This document shows, piece by piece, positions 1 to 11,477 of a stretch of 64,000 nucleotides of DNA. The notes beneath the pieces were generated by a model. That model was not told the DNA's origin. It saw only the letters and a list, made by a program, of their open reading frames with translations, and made no database searches. The DNA comes from Rhynchopus sp. YZ270_cl-10. Taxonomy: Eukaryota. Made by a program: the position numbers and the translations under genes. Location: the NCBI GenBank assembly GCA_964035575.1, contig OZ037843.1, forward strand, positions 1,364,001-1,428,000, in the 5' to 3' direction. Within the stretch, counting starts at the first letter, position 1; each line of letters begins with the position of its first letter.

Positions 1-786
1 AATGGGCCCAGCTATTAGTGACCGGGCTCATATTTTCCAAAATTTAAGTCATTAAAATTGTGTCCATTTCTTCAGATTGACCCCACCACTGACTGGGATC
101 GGCTCAAAAATGCAAATAACGGCGTTTTCGACTGTATTGTTTGTTACGAAACCCCGTGCAGACTTGCATTTAATTAATTAATTACCAGACCCCCAATCCT
201 TAGTCTGCAGACTGCCCCCCGCGCCCCTTTTTTAGTTTACTTGTATACTCGTCTTTATCTTGTTAACACTCCCAGTATCCACCCCACATACGTCTTGTCT
301 TGTAGCCTGCCTCCCACACCACATTACACCCGTCCTGGGCTGGACGTTAAATAGCATCCGGGGGAAATTCCACCTAGTGTGACGCCTCCTGAAGTTCTAT
401 GACGGTTTACCTGAGGATGGAAAGTAGGGGCAGCAGCTCCGGAATGCCAAGACTAGAGCCCTTGGCATGGTGATGGACCCAGGTGAGTGACGCCACCTCC
501 TCTTCAGCGAGTTGGGGGTCGCAAGGATCACTTAAGATCCTCACTCACCCCGTTGGTATATGATGAGTAACAATTCAAAAGGACACACCAAGCCTAGCCA
601 CTTCCTCAGTGCCTCAAACTGTTCAAAATGGTCACAGGCGGCACGGCCTTCCGACGTCGGTAGTTTGTGGCTAGACTTTGTAAGTGCGGCCTTGATTTGA
701 TTAGCACGAATTACCTTCGGGAAACTGATATCAACCACACCACACATCCCCAGACACTCACTTCCCTTTCTGCACACCTCAGAACA

Positions 787-3408
787 ATGGTGTCATGCGG
801 GATCCAGTCGCTGACAATACTGCTGTGTGTGGTGCTGATTCTGTCGACAGGTGCGATCATCGGTGGCTTCACTCTGTCAACATGGGACGACCTTCTGGAG
901 AAGGCACGTGACACAGGTGACGAGGGCTTCGGGATGTGTCTCGACAGTGGTACGGCGGACATCGAAACGGTCTCGGCACGCTACCTGCGCTCAGTCCTTG
1001 GCAACGTGGACACGGCAGTGAAGGAGTACCTGAAGGTGCCTGAGCAGCTCGTGGTCTCGATTGCCAACCTGGCGAGGGCACACCACCCAAACGTCAGCAC
1101 GAGCCCCGAATTTTCTCGCACAATAATGCGTCCTGCAGTCATGTCTGCCATGAGGGCTGGGGTGTCGGCTGGGGTGCTCATGATCGGAAACGAGGCGTAC
1201 CCGTGGTGTGCGGCACATCCTGTTCCGTGGAAGAGGGGTGACGGGTTTGCAGGGTGGGGCTCACGCACCTCACACAGGGAACTGAATGCTGCGAGTGGTC
1301 ACGCACCTACTAATGGCACGCAGATTATCTTGCTTCATGAAATGCGCGACCACGTGACGCTGGCAGAGGGACTTTCCGACTGGATCATCGACACAGATAT
1401 TAACCGGATGGGTGACATCAAGTATACCCATCAGCCGTGTAACTTCCAGCCTGACTACAACAAGAACGAGTTGCGTGGACTCTGCAAGTTCCCCGTTTTT
1501 GTCATCGAACCCGAGCACAAGCCAATCTTTGCTCAACGTGGGAGACAGATGTGGTTCCTTCGTGCCGACGAACCAGCACTGCACCCTGTGGACACGCTTG
1601 TCTACTCACGCATGCAGGTGCAGTGGGACTACATGTCGTGGGAGCTGAGCTACACCTACACCCACCCAGATATGTACACGATGTACCCCAAGCAGGGCAA
1701 GCGTGTGGGTGCTGCAGTTGCCACCGTGACTGCAGCTGGAGTGACCGACGTGGTGCGTTCACAGCTGCTCCCGAAGGACACTTCGTTGTACGTGGTGGAG
1801 GACGACCGTGTGTCTGGTTCAGTGGGGATAGTTGTTGCGTACAACAGAGGAAGGCAGGTGACGATGACTATGGTACGCTCCTTTATTGGCACAATGATTG
1901 AAACAGCACACAGCATGAACATAACAAACCACTCGATGGAAGACGCGACGTCACACATCCCCTCAGTGATTGCAGAGCACGGGCGGTTTGTGTTCACACA
2001 CCCGCGAAACTACAAAGACCTTGTGGAGAAGACAGAGGACTCCTTCCTGAAGTGGTCTGACTCGAACGGCACGGAGTTCTGGACAATCACGTCGACAATT
2101 GAACACAGAACGATCTTCTGGTATTCAACCCTTCTTGTGCCGAGGACGTCTGTGATGGATACGATTGATGCGTCGACGAATGCAATCCGTGCGAAGGTGG
2201 CATCAGATCTGTCCTCTGCAGACGCACAGAAGGAGGATGCGGTGACTGTGATGGCGATTGTAACGGCTGTTGCGGTGATCGGACTTCTTGCCATTGCTGT
2301 TGTGTTCACACGCTACATCACGTCACCTCTGCTGAAGCTTGGGAGTGAGATGGCAAGTGTGGCTGTGATGGACCTGGAGGCTGTGGACACGGGCCGTGCA
2401 GTGTCGCAGCTGAGTGAGGTGGGGATGATGCAGCGCAGCTTTGTTACCATGGTGGCGAACCTGGTGGAGTACCGGAACTACATGCCGCAGAGTGTGCTTG
2501 TCAACGACAGCGACAAAGAAGTGGTGTCCGCGACAGAGTCCTCACATGACATGAAGTCGCAGTCAGGCATGTCCAGGCATTCACAGTCACGTGCGACACC
2601 AAGTTCTGCTGAAACGATGCAGAACCAGAAGGCACTGCTGCGTGTGGAAGGGATGAAGAAGAAGAAGGTGTCTCTGGCACACATGAACGTCGTGTCGTGG
2701 CACGCCTTCTGCAAGAAGCGCAAGGACGCAGAGGTGCTCTCCGCACACGCAGGTGTGATTGAGATTATCCTGACAGCAGTGCAGCACAACAAGGGTGTGT
2801 GCGACACGTTCTCTGGCGACAAGATGCTTGCCACCTTCAACGCCTTTGTTCCGAAGCCGTCGCACAGTGTTTCCTGTGTGAAGGCTGCACACGAAGCAGC
2901 AACAACAGTTGGTGATGTGCACACGATCTCGTATGGGTGCACGACAGGCGAGGCACGTGTCGGGAACATGGGTTGCAACGGGATGAAGAAGGTGTCGATT
3001 CTTTCGCAGTCCATGTCGTGGGTGGTTGTGCTTGAGCGTTGGAACAAGGAGTACAACCTTCCTGGTGTCATTGACCGCAACGTGTCACGTGAGGCGGAGG
3101 GACAGGTGGTGCTCCGTTGTGCAGGTGCTGTGCTGTACGAGAAGTTCAGTGAGAACGCACAGACTGTGTTTGCTGTGAAGGGTCTGTGCAGCAGCGAAAA
3201 CGAGGAGTGGATGTACCAGCTGGAGTCTGCCTCAAACAACCCGCACGCACTGTGGAACGAGGTCTTCGAGCACATCATCAAACAGGACTTTGAGAAGGCG
3301 TCTTCTCTGCTGGACAGCGTCGCTCAGGACCAACGCACACCTTACGAAGAGCTTATGGGCTATGTGCGGGAGAAGGCTTATGCACCGTACGTTGTGGATC
3401 TGCACTAA
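787..3408 (+). CDS. Receptor-type adenylate/guanylate cyclase-like protein (2 TM, dCache-like ectodomain, HAMP, degenerate class III cyclase domain), paralog 1, 873 aa
   Basis: The ORF track starts at 667, but the ATG shared by all paralogs (MVSCGIQ) is at 787. TM1 LTILLCVVLILSTGAIIGGFTL; TM2 AVTVMAIVTAVAVIGLLAIAVVFT; HAMP-like ITSPLLKLGSEMASVAVMDL..SEVGMMQRSFVTMVANL; YRNYMP helix; cyclase-like motifs GVCDTFSGDKMLATF and YGCTTGEARVGNMG. Confidence 0.88.
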   Translation: MVSCGIQSLTILLCVVLILSTGAIIGGFTLSTWDDLLEKARDTGDEGFGMCLDSGTADIETVSARYLRSVLGNVDTAVKEYLKVPEQLVVSIANLARAHHPNVSTSPEFSRTIMRPAVMSAMRAGVSAGVLMIGNEAYPWCAAHPVPWKRGDGFAGWGSRTSHRELNAASGHAPTNGTQIILLHEMRDHVTLAEGLSDWIIDTDINRMGDIKYTHQPCNFQPDYNKNELRGLCKFPVFVIEPEHKPIFAQRGRQMWFLRADEPALHPVDTLVYSRMQVQWDYMSWELSYTYTHPDMYTMYPKQGKRVGAAVATVTAAGVTDVVRSQLLPKDTSLYVVEDDRVSGSVGIVVAYNRGRQVTMTMVRSFIGTMIETAHSMNITNHSMEDATSHIPSVIAEHGRFVFTHPRNYKDLVEKTEDSFLKWSDSNGTEFWTITSTIEHRTIFWYSTLLVPRTSVMDTIDASTNAIRAKVASDLSSADAQKEDAVTVMAIVTAVAVIGLLAIAVVFTRYITSPLLKLGSEMASVAVMDLEAVDTGRAVSQLSEVGMMQRSFVTMVANLVEYRNYMPQSVLVNDSDKEVVSATESSHDMKSQSGMSRHSQSRATPSSAETMQNQKALLRVEGMKKKKVSLAHMNVVSWHAFCKKRKDAEVLSAHAGVIEIILTAVQHNKGVCDTFSGDKMLATFNAFVPKPSHSVSCVKAAHEAATTVGDVHTISYGCTTGEARVGNMGCNGMKKVSILSQSMSWVVVLERWNKEYNLPGVIDRNVSREAEGQVVLRCAGAVLYEKFSENAQTVFAVKGLCSSENEEWMYQLESASNNPHALWNEVFEHIIKQDFEKASSLLDSVAQDQRTPYEELMGYVREKAYAPYVVDLH

Positions 3409-4321
3409 ATGCTTTCCTCTAGAAACCCTACAAAAAAGGGGTAATGCTATACTTGCTTCTTTTCTTTACACATTAGGGCAGAACAACTTTTTGTTTTGGT
3501 TCTCGTTATTTGGGGATCCCAAAATCGTGCGCGCGTGCGCAAATAATAAGTTCTTTCACTGAAAATAAGTTTTTTTTGACGAAGTAGTAGTAAGGAACAA
3601 TGAGGGGTTGGCAGGCCTGAGGGGTTGGGTTGGTTACAGGGATTAAATTTTCACGACTTTTCTTCGGTACAGTTTTGCACATACTTTTTCGGGCCATCTC
3701 TAAAAGGGTCACACAGGGTATACCTAACTCAGTAGTCCCCTGGCCCCGGCCCCGTCCGGATGCTGAAAACATGAAAGTGCTCGAAACCACCGGCATTTGC
3801 ATTTTCGGAATCCGTCCGTTGTGTGATGGGGTCAATTTGCCGAAATGGACAAGTTCTTGGTTTTGGTCAAAATCCATGTAAAGAGGGCCAAGTAAATACC
3901 ACAACCCGGATTTTCTCACCCTGATGCTGAAAACATGAAAATGCCCGAAAACACCGGCATTTGCATTTCCGGAATCCGCCCTTTCTGTAGTGGGGGATAT
4001 ACAGAAAAATGGACACAATTTCAGTGACTCATATTTTCACAAAATATGAACCCATACCGAAATGGGTAAAGGCAGCGAAACTTCTTGAGCTTACCTGGCT
4101 TACGGTCGTACCGTCCCCCTTGTACTGGTCAAAACTTATTCTCCAAAAACTTATTTTTTCCCCAAATCTCAAAAAAAGGTGCGCGCGCAAACGAGAACCA
4201 AAATATAAAGTTGTTCTGCCCTTACCAAAAAATATGTTCTTGTCTGTGAATCCTTCTTACACCACTCAAGCGCACATTTGTGCTGTTTTCTCTCTCTCTT
4301 TTGTGAAAGGCTTTCGTAATA

Positions 4322-4978
4322 CAGTTGGGCAAGTAATATTGGCAACCAAAAAAGTCGCGAATTGCAAGAAAACCCCAAAATCCGCCAATATTATTTGGTC
4401 GCCAATTTTTTTGGTCGCCAAGACATCGGGTGCTCCGTCCAAAAATAAATGGAAAAAAACCCCCGGGTGCCTGCCCACCCCGGGTGACAGTGGAGATTGC
4501 ACAACTGTGGCAACTACACTACCATCCAACAATTTTCAACAAATTACAGTTAGACAAGAAACTTGGCGACCAAAAAAAAAAAAAAATGGAGAACAAATAA
4601 CTTGGCGACCAAATAATATTGGCGGATTTTGGGGGTTTTCTTGTAATTGGCGACTTTTTTGGTCGCCAATATTACTTGGTAGGATAGTGGTTCTTAGTCA
4701 CGTTGGTTGGGAGGTAGCTTTTTTCGCATTTTCTGGTAAAGTTTTTGTGCCTCCCTTTTCGACACACCATGTGTATTTTTGGGTGGCTGCAGTGGTGTCG
4801 CGTGGAGCTAATGTTCGACTTTCTTGAAAGATACGCTGCACCTGGTGCACTGAAGGGGCACGGGCAATAAGAACCGCTTTCCCACCACATAACTTGGCGA
4901 CCAAAAAATATTGGCGGATTTTGGGTGTTTTCTTGCAATTGGCGACTTTTTTGGTCGCCAATATTTCTTGTCCAACTG
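4322..4978. mobile_element. Tc1/mariner-type MITE, 657 bp
   Basis: TA|CAGTTGG...CCAACTG|TA with ~80-bp imperfect TIRs; internal repeats of TTGGCGACC/GGTCGCCAA and an extra internal TIR-like copy at ~4600-4680. Confidence 0.8.
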
Positions 4979-6190
4979 TAATAAAAAACATTGTTACACC
5001 ATACACCGACATGTTATCCAGTGTCAAAAAAAATATCTGTTTCATGTTCACCTTGGGTGAACATAAGGATCGTCTTTTCCAAGACACTCGTATTTCATTA
5101 TTTTTGGGTTAACTTCTCTAGCACCCAACTCCCCAAACCCATTTTTCAAAAAAGTGTGTATTTAATCATTCTGGTATAATCTGTGTGTTGTCCGGGGGTA
5201 TGGGACTTGACACATCTTCACAACTCTTCACACATCAGCTACTCATTTTTGAAACATGGGTATTGGCGAGAATTGGGCATTTTGGGGAGTGGGGACATAG
5301 AGAGCTCCCCTTTAGGTTTCTGTGGCATCCTCCCCTCACACGGTACTGCAGGTTCAGGCCTATTGGTCTGGGAGGCTCTGGGGTTTCTTCTCTCAGTTCT
5401 TGACCAATTACAACAGAGTTGCTAATATTTTTCCGCCTCCCTCAGTCCCCCTCAGTCCCCCCCAGACTCCCCCCTAGGTTGTATTGTACGTGCTCGGCCC
5501 CGACCGAATACCGTATTATTCGTATAATACGATTACCGTATTATACAGAATTATACGGTGCTGCTGGGGGACCGAATACCGTATAATTGGTGCTCCTGAA
5601 ATAAAAAAAAATACCAAGTACGCAACAAGTACGCAAAAATGGGGTTTTCAGGAGCCCCAATGATTCGTTTGATTAATTACACGAATTATTCGAATTTTAC
5701 AACCTAGAGCTCCCCCTGTGCATAATTCCTTGATTTTGGAGAAGCATCAAGCTATTTCCCTGGACATTGGATACACAAAAAAAAAAAAAAAAGGTAATTG
5801 GCTTTATGGAAATTTGGCTTGTCTGGAATAAAGCGCTGAAGATCATTTCCGCCAACTAAGAAGATTTATCAGGAAACAATTGCCGCTCGTATCAGTCGTG
5901 TTTCCGTACTGATGGTCTGGGGCAGGTCCACCTCTCTCAAGAGAGTCCGTCGCCAGTTGACCTACGTAATGGAGCCGAGTCCATGGGGTTTTTACAGACG
6001 TGAAATAACGGATCTGATGTGGAGGTTCATCATTGCAACGTCCATCGTGATGACTGTCGTCTTCAGTGTGTCCTGCGTCCTGTGTGTCCCCCCGACACCA
6101 CGTATAGTTCGTTCATACGTGACCCACTCTACATTAGTTATCAACACACATCCCCAGACACTCTCTTCCCTTTCTGTACACCTCAGAACA

Positions 6191-8803
6191 ATGGTGTCAT
6201 GCGGGATCCAGTCGCTGACAGTGCTGCTGTGTGTGGTGCTGATTCTGTCGACAGGTGCGATCATCGGTGGCTTCACTCTGTCAACATGGGACGACCTTCT
6301 GGAGAAGGCACGTGACACAGGTGACGAGGGCTTCGGGATGTGTCTCGACAGTGGTACGGCGGACATCGAAACGGTCTCGGCACGCTACCTGCGCTCTGTT
6401 CTTGGCAACGTGGACACGGCAGTGAAGGAGTACCTCAAGGTGCCTGAGCAGCTCGTGGTCTCGCTTGCCACCCTGGCGAGGGCACACCACCCAAACGTCA
6501 GCACGAGCCCCGACTTTTCTCGCACAATAATGCGTCCTGCAGTCATGTCTGCTTTTAAGGCTGGGATGGCGTCTGGGGTGCTCATGATCGGAAACGAAGC
6601 GTACCCGTGGTGTGCGGCACATCCTGTTCCGTGGAAGAGGGGTGACGGGTTTGCAGGGTGGGGCTCGCGCACCTCACACAGGGCACTGAATGCTGCGAGT
6701 GGTCACGCACCTACTAATGGCACGCAGATTATCTTGCTTCATGAAATGCGTGACAACGTGACGCTGGCAGAGGGACTTTCCGACTGGATCATCGACACAG
6801 ATATCAACGAACTGGGTGACATCAGAGACCCCGCACTGCCGTGTAACTTCCAACCGGACTACAACAACAACGAGTTGCGTGGACTCTGCAAGTTCTCCGT
6901 CTTTGTCATCGAACCCGAGCACAAGCCAATCTTTGCTCAACGTGGGAGACAGATGTGGTTCCTTCGTGCCGACGAACCAGCACTGCACCCTGTGGACACG
7001 CTTGTCTACTCACGCATGCAGGTGCAGTGGGACTACATGTCGTGGGAGCTGAGCTACACCTACACCCACCCAGATATGTACACGATGTACCCCAAGCAGG
7101 GAAAGCGTGTGGGTTCAGTGGTTGCCACCGTGACTGCAGCTGGAGTGACCGACGTGGTGCGTGCACAGCTGCTCCCGAAGGACACGTCGCTGTACGTGGT
7201 GGAGGACGACCGGGTATCTGGTTCAGTGGGGACAGTTGTTGCGTACAACAGAGGAAGGCAGGTGACGATGACTATGGTACGCTCCTTTATTGGCACAATG
7301 ATTGAAACAGCACACAGCATGAACATAACAAACCACTCGATGGAAGACGCGACGTCGCACATCCCCTCAGTGATTGCAGAGCACGGGCGGTTTGCGTTCA
7401 CACACTCGCGGAACTACAAAGACCTTGTGGAGAAGACAGAGGACTCCTTCCTGAAGTGGTCTGACTCGAACGGCACGGAGTTCTGGACAATCACGTCGAC
7501 AATTGAACACAGAACGATCCTGTGGTATTCAACCCTTCTTGTGCCTCGGGCGTCTGTGATGGATACGATTGATGCGTCGACGAATGCAATCCGTGCGAAG
7601 GTGGCATCAGATCTGTCCTCTGCAGACGCACAGAAGGAGGATGCGGTGACTGTGATGGCGATTGTGACGGCTGTTGCGGTGATCGGACTTCTTGCCATTG
7701 CTGTTGTGTTCACACGCTACATCACGTCACCTCTGCTGAAGCTTGGGAGTGAGATGGCAAGTGTGGCTGTGATGGACCTGGAGGCTGTGGACACGGGCCG
7801 TGCAGTGTCGCAGCTGAGTGAAGTGGGGATGATGCAGCGCAGCTTTGTTACCATGGTGGCGAACCTGGTGGAGTACCGGAACTACATGCCGCAGAGTGTG
7901 CTTGTCAACGACAGCGACAAAGAGGACGTGTCCGAGACGGATTCTACACAGGACATGAAGTCGCAGTCAGGCTTGTCTAATTCACGTGCGTCACCTAGTA
8001 CAGTTGTTACGATGCAGAACCAGAAGGCACTGCTGCGTGTGGAAGGGATGAAGAAGAAGAAGGTGTCGCTGGCACACATGAACGTCGTGTCGTGGCACGC
8101 CTTCTGCAAGAAGCACAAGGACGCAGAGGTGCTCTCCGCACACGCAGGTGTGATTGAGAGGATCCTGACAGCAGTGCAGCACAACAAGGGTGTGTGCGAC
8201 ACGTTTGCTGGGGACAAGATGCTTGCCACCTTCAACGCCTTTGTTCCGAAGTCGTCACACAGTGTTGCCTGTGTGAAGGCTGCACACGAAGCAGCAACAG
8301 CACTTGGTGATGTGCACAAGATCTCGTATGGGTGCACGACAGGCGAGGCACGTGTCGGGAACATGGGTTGCAACGGGATGAAGAAGGTGTCGATTCTTTC
8401 GCAGTCCATGTCGTGGGTGGTTGTGCTTGAGCGTTGGAACAAGAAGGAGAAGCTGCACGGTGTCATCGACCGTAACATGTCACGTGAGGCGGAGGGACAG
8501 GTGGTGCTCCAGTGTGCAGGTGCTGTGCTGTACGAGAAGTTCAGCGAGAATGCACAGACTGTGTTTGCTGTGAAGGGTCTGTGCAGCAGCGAAAACGAGG
8601 AGTGGATGTACCAGCTGGCGTCGTCCTCAAACAACCCGCACGCACTGTGGAACGAGGTCTTCGAGCACATCATCAAACAGGACTTTGAGAAGGCGTCTTC
8701 TCTGCTGGACAGCGTCGCTCAGGACCAACGCACACCTTACGAAACACTTATGGGCTATGTACAGCAGAAGGCTTATTCACCGTTCGTTGTGCTTCTACAC
8801 TGA
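6191..8803 (+). CDS. Receptor cyclase-like protein, paralog 2, 870 aa (ectodomain nearly identical to paralog 1)
   Basis: Same architecture and conserved start context cctcagaacaATG at 6191. The in-frame extension from 5912 is not shared by other paralogs. Confidence 0.88.
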   Translation: MVSCGIQSLTVLLCVVLILSTGAIIGGFTLSTWDDLLEKARDTGDEGFGMCLDSGTADIETVSARYLRSVLGNVDTAVKEYLKVPEQLVVSLATLARAHHPNVSTSPDFSRTIMRPAVMSAFKAGMASGVLMIGNEAYPWCAAHPVPWKRGDGFAGWGSRTSHRALNAASGHAPTNGTQIILLHEMRDNVTLAEGLSDWIIDTDINELGDIRDPALPCNFQPDYNNNELRGLCKFSVFVIEPEHKPIFAQRGRQMWFLRADEPALHPVDTLVYSRMQVQWDYMSWELSYTYTHPDMYTMYPKQGKRVGSVVATVTAAGVTDVVRAQLLPKDTSLYVVEDDRVSGSVGTVVAYNRGRQVTMTMVRSFIGTMIETAHSMNITNHSMEDATSHIPSVIAEHGRFAFTHSRNYKDLVEKTEDSFLKWSDSNGTEFWTITSTIEHRTILWYSTLLVPRASVMDTIDASTNAIRAKVASDLSSADAQKEDAVTVMAIVTAVAVIGLLAIAVVFTRYITSPLLKLGSEMASVAVMDLEAVDTGRAVSQLSEVGMMQRSFVTMVANLVEYRNYMPQSVLVNDSDKEDVSETDSTQDMKSQSGLSNSRASPSTVVTMQNQKALLRVEGMKKKKVSLAHMNVVSWHAFCKKHKDAEVLSAHAGVIERILTAVQHNKGVCDTFAGDKMLATFNAFVPKSSHSVACVKAAHEAATALGDVHKISYGCTTGEARVGNMGCNGMKKVSILSQSMSWVVVLERWNKKEKLHGVIDRNMSREAEGQVVLQCAGAVLYEKFSENAQTVFAVKGLCSSENEEWMYQLASSSNNPHALWNEVFEHIIKQDFEKASSLLDSVAQDQRTPYETLMGYVQQKAYSPFVVLLH

Positions 8804-10299
8804 GGTGGGTTTTGCATTTGCACTGAACTTTCTTTTTTCTCTTCTTGCCTCACTACTGCTGTGCGAGGATTCTCGTGCGTTGGTTCGGTTTACTTGAACC
8901 TGTTTTCTCCTTGGATTTCAAAACAATTGTTGGTTTTTATTGCCCAGTGTTGTGTTCCAGGATGCCACCTTTTCTTGAGTATTTATACCATATGATCACC
9001 TGTTCCCAGTCAGGGTGGGGGAATGACTGTGTACGTGATTACAGTTTTCCTGTCGGCAACTCCCAAATGCAACACTCTGTGGTCCGATAACCCGCGGAGT
9101 GTCAATGCCTGCGGCCTAGAGGAGCTTGCACTGTAGCAACTTCACTTTTTTTTTTTATTCCTACAAGCGTAGCTTAAAGGAGAAATAGTTCCTCAGATAC
9201 GGTCGCCAATCACCCCTCAAACAGGGTAATTGTGCAATCAACGAAAAAACCTTTTTTCCTTTTACTTACCTATCAGAGTTACTATTTTTGGCCGAATCTC
9301 AGTTTTTGTTTAGTTTCTGCGCACACAATAGTATGTCATTTGTATGGACGGATAGGTTTCACAAACCAACAGCCGTCTATGTGCCGGAGGAAGAGCCCAT
9401 CATGAAGCGCATCGTGTTCCAGTGTAGTAACGATAGTGAAAACATTGTACGACAGACACCTTTATCTTTCACGTTTTCTTTTTGTTTAGCTTTTTTTTTT
9501 TGTAAGAAGAGATGGCTCTTACAACTTGACTCATTGTGACTGTCTTGTAGTTAAGGAGCCTCGTCCGTGTTTATAATAAAACGTTATTTCTGTGCGTGTC
9601 GCATTTTCCTGTTCTGCACAACATTTGTTTTTAGCTCTCGTTTTTGTATTGTATTGTCTGCGACTTTATCGCGAAGGGATTCACGGTGGTCATCCACGTA
9701 CAGCACCATAGTGTATCCTTGGGTGTTCATGTGTGGTCTGTGGACATCCTGTGAAGCTCACAGGATGTGGTGAAACCCGTGTGGTGTGACCTCCACCGAA
9801 GTACTTCTTGATTCCACCTTCTTTGTTGTTGTACGCAGGGTGATTGTGCTTTCATCCAGATAGCTGGCATCGTTTTCCTGTGTTTTCTTTGAGTCTGAGC
9901 ATGCGAGGTTCTTCTTACAAACTTTTTCTTTTGTTTTGCTTTACGCAGCATTCGCTAACAGGACACTTTCATTTGTCCTGTGCTCATCATGTGTCGACTA
10001 GGCCGCGTTTTTAGCACCTTTCATTTGCTTTTATTTTTCTGGAGAGGAACCCTTGCTCCTACTGAGGAGATGCTGCCGGGGGTATAGGAGCAGGCAGCTC
10101 GAAACCACAAAGTTTTGTTGTCAGCCCACGGCCTGCACCCGTGCTACACAATTAGGGAAAGGTGTACTGGCTGTACCCTGTTTTTTCAGTTGCAAAAAAC
10201 AAAAAAAATTAAAGACAAAAAAAGAGGAGACGACCCTGGTGGACAAAACTCCATCTTTCGATTGAAAATAATATCTTCATCATTTATCCTTTCTTTGTA

Positions 10300-11210
10300 G
10301 CCACACCATGTCTTTGAAAACTTGGTCGTATTCATTTCTTTGTATTTTTGTATTGTGCAGGGTTCGAGGAAGTTGGTTCTTTCGAAATGACCCTGTCTGG
10401 GTCCTGAGAATGCTTCCACACACCTGGAGCCCTGGTTGTGTTGTGCTTGCAGCGTGCACAGAAGATACAAAGACGGTCGGAAACAACGGGTATACACATT
10501 GTTGTGGTCATGGTCCTTTGTGTTGCTGCAGGCTGTGCGATTGTGAGGAGCCTCTTGCTGCTGCTGACGTGGTGTGGTGCACTCTTCGTCTGTGTCGAAG
10601 GAACACATTCCGAAACAGTGGTTCGCGCTTTTGATACTCGGTGCTTGCTTGCAAGATCTCCTTACCCTCCCTCTCCCGGCTCTCCCAAGCTCTCACAGCT
10701 TTTGTCCCTACTTCGTTCACTAGTCTTATCACTTTGTTTGTATCTGTTTCTGCATATGTTCCGCACATTAGTTTCTCCTTTATTTTTTACTTCACCCACA
10801 CCTCAATCCTCACATACGTGTCTGCAAAGACGCGTGCACCCCTCCGCTCCATATTTGCTCTCGTAGTTTAACAGAAGAACGGGGTTCGGAATGCTTCATG
10901 AAAACGTGACGGCTGCCACCAGAAAACATTCATTTGTTGCTTCCCCGTTGTGACAGTCTTTTGCAAATACGTTGCAAAAGAAACACAACTAACGATCATA
11001 AAAAGCTCACTGTCTCAACCTTCGTGTTTGTCTTTCATTCTTTTGAAGCTTGAAGGATGTGTGTGCACGGGAGGCACGTTCATCTGTCAAGGCTTCTTTC
11101 TTTCCTTTCCTTTGCTGGTATTCTATAAGTTTGCTTCACTATCGTTGATTCATCTTTAGTTTCTGTGTTGTTGACAGCACCTGGAACACACTGCTTTCTA
11201 TTGTTTTTAT
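10300..11210. repeat. Upstream block co-duplicated with paralogs 3, 4 and 5 (copies at ~16195-17225 and ~21192-22045)
   Basis: Near-identical non-coding sequence with copy-specific indels. Confidence 0.9.
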
Positions 11211-11477
11211 CTGACCTAGAACAAATATAATCATCAGCCTACTTGTCTTCAGAATATTGCTCAGGAAACAAAAGCTGTCAGAGTAGTGTGCATTTTTTTA
11301 GCGTTTCAGCACGTTTTAACTACTATTTTTTATTCCGTGCGTGTCAGTTTGTTCATGCGCAAAACCCCACACCCACAGCATCCACCCCACATACTTTTGG
11401 CTTTTCTTGCATCCTGTCTGTCACACCACACCACACATCCCCAGACACTCTCTTCCCTTTCTGTACACCTCAGAACA

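Noticed and set aside
300..660. GC-balanced segment with small hairpins (e.g. ATGCCAAG..CTTGGCAT), possible ncRNA or retroelement end
   Set aside because: No recognisable RNA family motif and no second copy in the window.
2478..3281. Long antisense ORFs (190-272 aa) opposite the cyclase-like domain in every paralog
   Set aside because: Shadow ORFs arising from the sense codon bias. Their conservation just reflects DNA identity, and they are broken in paralog 3 and shortened in paralog 8.
4009..4827. 272-aa ORF
   Set aside because: Runs through a MITE and other repeats; low-complexity K/F-rich translation with no recognisable domain.
5912..6190. N-terminal extensions of the receptor ORFs (also from 667, 11286, 22136, 27219, 59643)
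   Set aside because: Not conserved between paralogs, absent in paralogs 4 and 7, and located upstream of the putative splice acceptor.
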